Of a stretch of DNA of 64,000 nt, positions 59,825 to 64,000 are shown one piece after another (position 1 is the first letter of the stretch; every line of letters begins with the position of its first letter). The notes beneath the pieces are model-generated. The model was given only the letters and a program-made list of their open reading frames with translations. It had not been told where the DNA came from and searched no databases. The position numbers and the translations under genes are program-made. Source of the DNA: Clostridia bacterium (GTDB lineage Bacteria; Bacillota; Clostridia; Christensenellales; Borkfalkiaceae); the NCBI GenBank assembly GCA_017467265.1, contig JAFTSO010000050.1, forward strand, positions 11,532-75,531. The letters are read 5' to 3'.

Positions 59825-61096
59825 TTACAGCTGTCCGTGCAGAGCGATCAAGGCGTTTTGGGGGGTGGAGAGCATACCGAACAGATCGAGCTGTTCGGCG
59901 CTTTCCTGTGTTTCCGCCGCTGCCAGCAGACCGCGCACGGCGGTTTCGTTTTCCGTCCCGAAAAACTTGCCGTCGCAGGTGATAAAATGTTTTGCGCGTT
60001 TGAGCGCAACGCGCATTTTCGTCAGGTCTTCAAAACGCAGCGTAGTGTACTTGCGCGCTTCCATAATTTTGTAGGCGTTTTTCGCGCCGATACCCGGCAC
60101 ACGGAGCAGCGTTTCCAAGGGCGCGCGGTTGATCTCGACGGGGAATAGGTGCATATTGCGAAGTGCCCAAGCGCATTTTGGATCGTACTCCATCGACAGA
60201 TTTTCCCCCTCACCGACGATCTCTTCCACCGAAAATCCGTAAAAACGGAGCAGCCAGTCTGCCTGATACAAGCGGTGTTCGCGGAGCTGTCCTGCGCCCA
60301 CGTCGGGCAGGGCGTTATCGCGTACCACGGGCACGTACGACGAATAATATACCCGTTTTAGCCCGTTCTTTTGATACAGCGCGTTGGTCAGGCGCAAAAT
60401 TTGCCCGTCCGCTTCGGGGCTTGCCCCGATGATCATCTGCGTCGTTTGCCCAGCAGGCAAAAAATATCCCTTTACCAAGCCCTTGCACTTTTCTTCGCGG
60501 AAAGCCTCGCTTTGTAAGGACAACGTTTTCATCGGTGTCAAAAGGCTTTCTTTGCTCTTTTGCGGAGCGAGTAATTTTAGGCTCTTTTCGCTGGGTAGCT
60601 CGACGTTGTAGCTCATACGGTCGACGTACCGCGCCGCCTCCGTCATCATCCGTTCGTCTGCGCGCGGAATCCCTTTCAGGTGGATATACCCGTGAAAACC
60701 GTATTCCGTCCGCAATTTTGTCACGACCAACAGCAGCCGTTCCATCGTATAATCGGGGTTGATATGTACCGCCGACGATAAAAACAGCCCTTCGATATAG
60801 TTCCGCTTGTAAAAATCGATTGTCAGCTGACAGATCTCGTCTGGCGTAGCCGTTGCGCGCGGCACGTCCGCATCCAAACGGTTTGGACAATATTTGCAAT
60901 TATAAATGCAATCGTTGGAGAGCAGGATTTTGAGTAAGGAAACGCACCGTCCGTCGGGCGTGAACGAGTGGCAGCATCCGGCAACGTACCCGTTGCCCAT
61001 ACCGCCTGCGTTTTTTCGTCCGCTCCCCGACGATGAACAGGACACGTCGTACTTCGCGCTCTCCGTTAAAATTGTCAGCTTTTCTTCCGAGATCAT
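59825..61096 (-). CDS. Putative DNA modification/repair radical SAM protein (TIGR03916 type) with a C-terminal helix-hairpin-helix region
   Basis: LTILTESAKYDVSCSSSG start block, rSAM cluster CIYNCKYC, C-terminal LLRVPGIGAKNAYKI (HhH). Start placed at the ATG at 61096, 6 nt after a -10. The track's start at 61135 lies upstream of that promoter. Confidence 0.75.
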   Translation of the reverse strand: MISEEKLTILTESAKYDVSCSSSGSGRKNAGGMGNGYVAGCCHSFTPDGRCVSLLKILLSNDCIYNCKYCPNRLDADVPRATATPDEICQLTIDFYKRNYIEGLFLSSAVHINPDYTMERLLLVVTKLRTEYGFHGYIHLKGIPRADERMMTEAARYVDRMSYNVELPSEKSLKLLAPQKSKESLLTPMKTLSLQSEAFREEKCKGLVKGYFLPAGQTTQMIIGASPEADGQILRLTNALYQKNGLKRVYYSSYVPVVRDNALPDVGAGQLREHRLYQADWLLRFYGFSVEEIVGEGENLSMEYDPKCAWALRNMHLFPVEINRAPLETLLRVPGIGAKNAYKIMEARKYTTLRFEDLTKMRVALKRAKHFITCDGKFFGTENETAVRGLLAAAETQESAEQLDLFGMLSTPQNALIALHGQL

Positions 61097-61102
61097 ACCT
61101 AT

Positions 61103-61131
61103 ATTATAATCCGTACGAAAATAAAAGTCAA
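61103..61131 (-). promoter_or_regulatory. Sigma-A-type promoter 6 nt upstream of the rSAM ATG
   Basis: Minus strand TTGACT - 17 nt - TATAAT, then ataggt, then ATG. Confidence 0.55.
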
Positions 61132-61152
61132 ACATTTGTTCGTGTTTTTTAC

Positions 61153-61203
61153 AAAAAAATACGCCGAAGTGAAAGGTTTTCTATAAGGATTTCCACTCGG
61201 CGT
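61153..61203 (-). terminator. Rho-independent terminator of pnuC
   Basis: Minus strand acgccgagtggaaa...tttcacttcggcgt followed by attttttt. Confidence 0.75.
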
Positions 61204-61210
61204 AGATGTA

Positions 61211-61921
61211 TTAAGAGAGAGTTTCGTCGCGAGCCTGCCGTTTTTGCATACGCGTCCAGTTGACAAAGCTGTACGTATCGTTGAACAAAAAGGTGGTAAA
61301 GCAGACGACGGTGGGCAGGTAGGAAAGGTCGTGCACGCTCGCTGTCACCCACAGGACGATAAGCACGAGATCGTTGGCAACGTACGCGAGTGCGTAGAAA
61401 GGACTGCGGAAAAAGAGCAGGGATGCCGCTAACATACTCGTCGTCACGGAGATGGTGCTAACGATCAGGTTGTTCGCGTTAAAATATCGCAAGACGAAAT
61501 ACAAAACGATGGTGGCAACGATGGACAGACCAACGCAAATCAGCCATTTTTGTAAGGATAATTTTCCGATCTGGACTTCGTGTTTGCCCTGTTTGGACGG
61601 GTTTTTCAGCCAGCTGATACATGCGAACACGGCGGCAGGCAAGCTCATAAACAGATAGGTGATCATTTCGCCGTAATACCGCGCGCGGATAGAAATAATG
61701 CCGTACAAAATGCTGAAAATCATAATCATAATTTGCCCGACAAAATTCCCTTTGGCGATAAAGATGAGCGAAGTGACGCCGAGCAGGGACGCGATCAGGC
61801 TCAACGGATAAAAATCCTTTCCCAAGCAGGAGGACAGCGTGATCAACGTGACCGAGCACAGCCACAGCACCCGTTCAAATGGGGTGAAATATGCAATTAT
61901 CTCTTTGAAAGATTTTTTCAT
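61211..61921 (-). CDS. pnuC: PnuC-family nicotinamide riboside (or related vitamin) transporter
   Basis: 236 aa with 7-8 TM helices. N-terminal FTPFERVLW and the C-terminal FTTFLFNDTYSFVNW pattern are typical of PnuC proteins. Confidence 0.75.
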   Translation of the reverse strand: MKKSFKEIIAYFTPFERVLWLCSVTLITLSSCLGKDFYPLSLIASLLGVTSLIFIAKGNFVGQIMIMIFSILYGIISIRARYYGEMITYLFMSLPAAVFACISWLKNPSKQGKHEVQIGKLSLQKWLICVGLSIVATIVLYFVLRYFNANNLIVSTISVTTSMLAASLLFFRSPFYALAYVANDLVLIVLWVTASVHDLSYLPTVVCFTTFLFNDTYSFVNWTRMQKRQARDETLS

Positions 61922-62044
61922 ATCGACCTACAAAAAAAGCATTCCTATCGCGTGCCTGCAAAGACCTAACGGCACGGAATATGAACGCTGTTCATTTTGC
62001 TACCCGGTGGCAGCGAGATATTCTTTAAGGACTAAGATTTATAT
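61922..62044 (-). promoter_or_regulatory. Structured ~120-nt 5' leader of pnuC ending in a terminator-type hairpin (61932-61980)
   Basis: Minus strand attccgtgcc-gttaggtctttgca-ggcacg-cgata-ggaat followed by gcttttttt, just 10 nt upstream of the ATG. Upstream helix cgctg...cagcg. No SD is evident. Confidence 0.5.
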
Positions 62045-62074
62045 ATTATACACGATTTTGTATGCCGTTGTCAA
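62045..62074 (-). promoter_or_regulatory. Promoter of pnuC
   Basis: Minus strand TTGACA - 18 nt - TATAAT, with TGt extended -10. Confidence 0.6.
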
Positions 62075-62165
62075 GCGTTGAAAACAAGAAAATTTTGCGA
62101 TTAAAAAAATCTATAATATTCCACAAAATAATCAAAAAATATGGAAAAAGGATCCTTTCAAACGT

Positions 62166-62195
62166 TTGACAGCGCTTAAAAAAGTATGCTACAAT
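62166..62195 (+). promoter_or_regulatory. Promoter of the Na/Pi cotransporter leader
   Basis: TTGACA - 18 nt - TACAAT, with TGc extended -10. Confidence 0.55.
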
Positions 62196-62199
62196 ACAA

Positions 62200-62378
62200 A
62201 AGGTAATGATGAGAAAGTAGCAAACGCAGGGGGCTGCGGCGAGCCGTAGGAGTGACTGATCGGAAATCAGTCAGGCTAGCAAAAAATTGTGAAACTCATT
62301 GTAGGCATAGCCGTACAATGACGTTCTTGAACAAAGAAAGATCAGGAGTACGGCGGTAATAGGCGCTGTACTTTTTTT
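62200..62378 (+). promoter_or_regulatory. Structured ~180-nt leader with an intrinsic terminator (62347-62378) upstream of the Na/Pi cotransporter gene; class unknown
   Basis: Hairpins at 62253-62273 (tgactgat-cggaa-atcagtca) and 62298-62319 (attgtaggc-ata-gccgtacaat). Terminator agtacggcg-gtaatagg-cgctgtact followed by tttttt. The start atgatgagaaagtag resembles a GA/K-turn motif. Confidence 0.5.
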
Positions 62379-62440
62379 GTTGTAAAAAGGGTATCTACAA
62401 ACGAGAAAAAACAAATATTATATACAAAGGAGAGGAATAA

Positions 62441-64000
62441 TGACGGCACAGGAAGTAATGCAATTAGTGCAGAGCTTGATATGGCTGCTCGCAGGCGTGG
62501 GCATCTTTATCGTAGGTATGAACTTTATGGGGGACGCGCTGGAAAAGAGCGCGGGCAGCGGTATGAAAAAACTGCTGGGCAAAATCAGCAACAACCGTTT
62601 TTCGGGGGTTGGGATCGGCGCGGGGGTGACGGCGATTATACAGAGCTCGTCGGCTACGTCGGTTATGGTGATCGGTTTGGTAAACGCAGGGGTAATGACC
62701 TTGATGCAGGCAACGCCGATCATTATGGGCGCGAATATCGGTACGACGATCACGGGCGTGCTCGTGTCCTTGAAGAACGATTATTTCAATATGGCGATGT
62801 ATCTGCTGGCGTTCGTGGGCGTGATGATGAGCTTTATGAAAAAGGAAAAGGTCAAAATTTTGGCGAACCTGTTCTGCGGCTTGGGGCTGATCTTCGTAGG
62901 GCTGAACGTAATGAGCAGCGATCAGGCGTTCGGCAACGCGCTGGTGGAAGATATGTTCATTAGCTTGTTCAGCAAAAAAGCGGTGCAGTTCCCCTTGCTC
63001 TTAATTTTGATCGGTGTAATCTTTACGGCGTTGATCCAGAGTTCGTCCGCAGCGACGGGCGTCGTGATCACGATGGTGGGTACGGGCGTTCTGCCACTCG
63101 AATTGGCGCTATTCATCGTCCTTGGCGCAAACATCGGTACGTGTGTGACGGCGTTGCTTGCGTCTGTCGGTGCGAATACGAATTCCAAGCGCGTTGCATT
63201 GATACATTTCACGTTCAACGTGATCGGTACGGTACTCTTTACCGCGATCATTTGGATTTTCAAAGACCCTGTAATCAAGATGTTGACGTCCTTCTTCCCC
63301 GGCAAAGACGCGATGTCCTTACAGATGCGCGTGTCCAGTTTCCACGTAATCTTTAACGTGACGACGACGCTCCTTTTGCTCCCGTTCGTAAAACATCTGG
63401 TAAAATATTCCTGTACGGTGATCAAGGATAAAAAATCTCCCGAAGACAATCGCCGCCTGAAATACGTGGACGAACGCCTTTTGACCACGCCCCCCGTTGC
63501 CATTATGCAGGTGAAAAAGGAAGTGGAATATATGGCGGACCTTGCCAAAGCAAATTTGGAAAAATCGTTCGCAGCGATGTCGGGTAAAGCAAAGGAATAT
63601 GAGGACGAAATCGCTGAAACAGAGCGCACGATCAACTTCACGAACAAAGCGCTCACGCGGTTTTTGATCAAGCTCTCGCCCCTTGTAGATAGCGGCAACG
63701 AAAAGCGTATCGGCGCGTACTTCCACGTATTGAACGACTTGGAGCGTATCGGCGACCACGCGGAGAACTTTGGCGAGATTGCAACGGAAATGCAGGGCAG
63801 CGGCATCGCGTTCTCTTCGGAGGCAAGCGAAGAGCTACAAGCGATGCAGGAGAAAGTGCTGGAAATGTTCGCAATCGCCGCGGAAGTATTCGACGACCGC
63901 GACGTGAGTCGTCTTGCCGAGCTCAACGTGCTGGAAAACGAAGTGGACGGTTTGAAACGCGAACTGACGGCGAAACATTACAAGCGTCTTGCGGACGGGA
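62441..64000 (+). CDS. Na/Pi cotransporter family protein with a C-terminal PhoU-like domain (3' end outside the window)
   Basis: Not in the ORF track because no stop is reached. My translation from the ATG at 62441 (AAAGGAGAGG upstream) stays open to 64000. Duplicated QSSSA motifs (AIIQSSSATSVMVIG; ALIQSSSAATGVVI), ANIGTT/ANIGTC and NDLERIGDHAENF. Confidence 0.85.

Noticed and set aside
62200-62390. Calling the Na/Pi leader a T-box riboswitch because of the 5' GATGAGAAAGTAG motif.
   Set aside because: There is no T-box (antiterminator) consensus and no UGGN bulge upstream of the terminator. I could not draw a convincing specifier loop. The downstream gene is not an aminoacyl-tRNA-related function. 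It is kept only as an unclassified leader.
257-63926. Many very long antisense ORFs in the track. Examples: 2375-4270 (631 aa), 4358-6418 (686 aa), 10399-13446 (1015 aa), 16594-18300 (568 aa), 39744-40958, 43946-45121, 48329-49918 (529 aa), 53941-55464 (507 aa), 62922-63926.
   Set aside because: Each lies opposite a gene with clear family motifs. Their translations are Arg/His/Val/Phe-rich with no recognisable motifs, no SD and no promoter. They are shadow frames, kept open by the codon bias of the sense genes.
1-64000. Looked for CRISPR arrays, tRNA/rRNA genes, transposases, integrases, phage genes and toxin-antitoxin pairs.
   Set aside because: No regularly spaced direct repeats, no cloverleaf-like or rRNA-like segments in the intergenic regions, and no ORF with the corresponding motifs. 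The XRE + 81-aa pair does not resemble a known TA architecture.

Overview
This window looks like chromosomal DNA from a Gram-positive anaerobe, probably Clostridia-like. The evidence is lipoprotein lipoboxes, FabK/FabZ, a type III glutamine synthetase, a BCR/HAD-type 'PlsA/PlsR-like' gene pair, sigma-A-type TTGACA-17-TATAAT promoters and rho-independent terminators. No rRNA, tRNA, CRISPR array, transposase or integrase was seen.

**17-28548:** This is the unusual part. It is a co-directional, tightly packed locus. Two paralogous giant surface proteases (2767 and 2508 aa) each carry an S8 subtilase with a PA insert, an Fn3-like motif and an 800-940 aa BspA-type LRR array. They are followed by a small lipoprotein and an atypical Opp/Dpp-type peptide ABC importer (929-aa binding protein, two permeases, two ATPases with Cys-rich tails). 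Next come a small acidic membrane protein and a third S8 protease (1444 aa) with LRRs and six Flg_new-type repeats. Two of the three proteases end in a shared 'KKxGCxG - TM helix - basic tail' C-terminal signal that is not LPXTG. I read this as a candidate, so far uncharacterised, module for capturing, degrading and importing extracellular protein.

**28.7-35.8 kb:** A stand-alone MacB-type fused ABC gene, then a YtrA-type GntR/ABC module with two related palindromes and two secreted proteins.

**35.9-45.1 kb:** A DMT / Gfo-Idh-MocA / DUF4127-like / AGE-epimerase sugar cluster, then fabK-fabZ-degV and an LRR lipoprotein.

**45.2-53.7 kb:** glnN-nadE on the minus strand, then metG-tatD-rSAM-rsmA, then a PAP2 phosphatase.

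**53.8-64.0 kb:** A split BCR/HAD activase-like pair, an XRE regulator, a radical-SAM DNA-repair pair, pnuC, and a partial Na/Pi cotransporter gene.

**Regulatory observations:**
- Three genes have an ATG only 6-7 nt downstream of a good -10 hexamer, so they may be translated from leaderless mRNAs.
- Three 5' leaders (glnN, pnuC, Na/Pi) carry terminator-type hairpins and fit no riboswitch class I can recognise by eye.
- A T-depleted Q/N-rich tract is fused to the TatD-associated radical SAM gene.

All domain calls come from motif recognition in the supplied translations. No database search was run.
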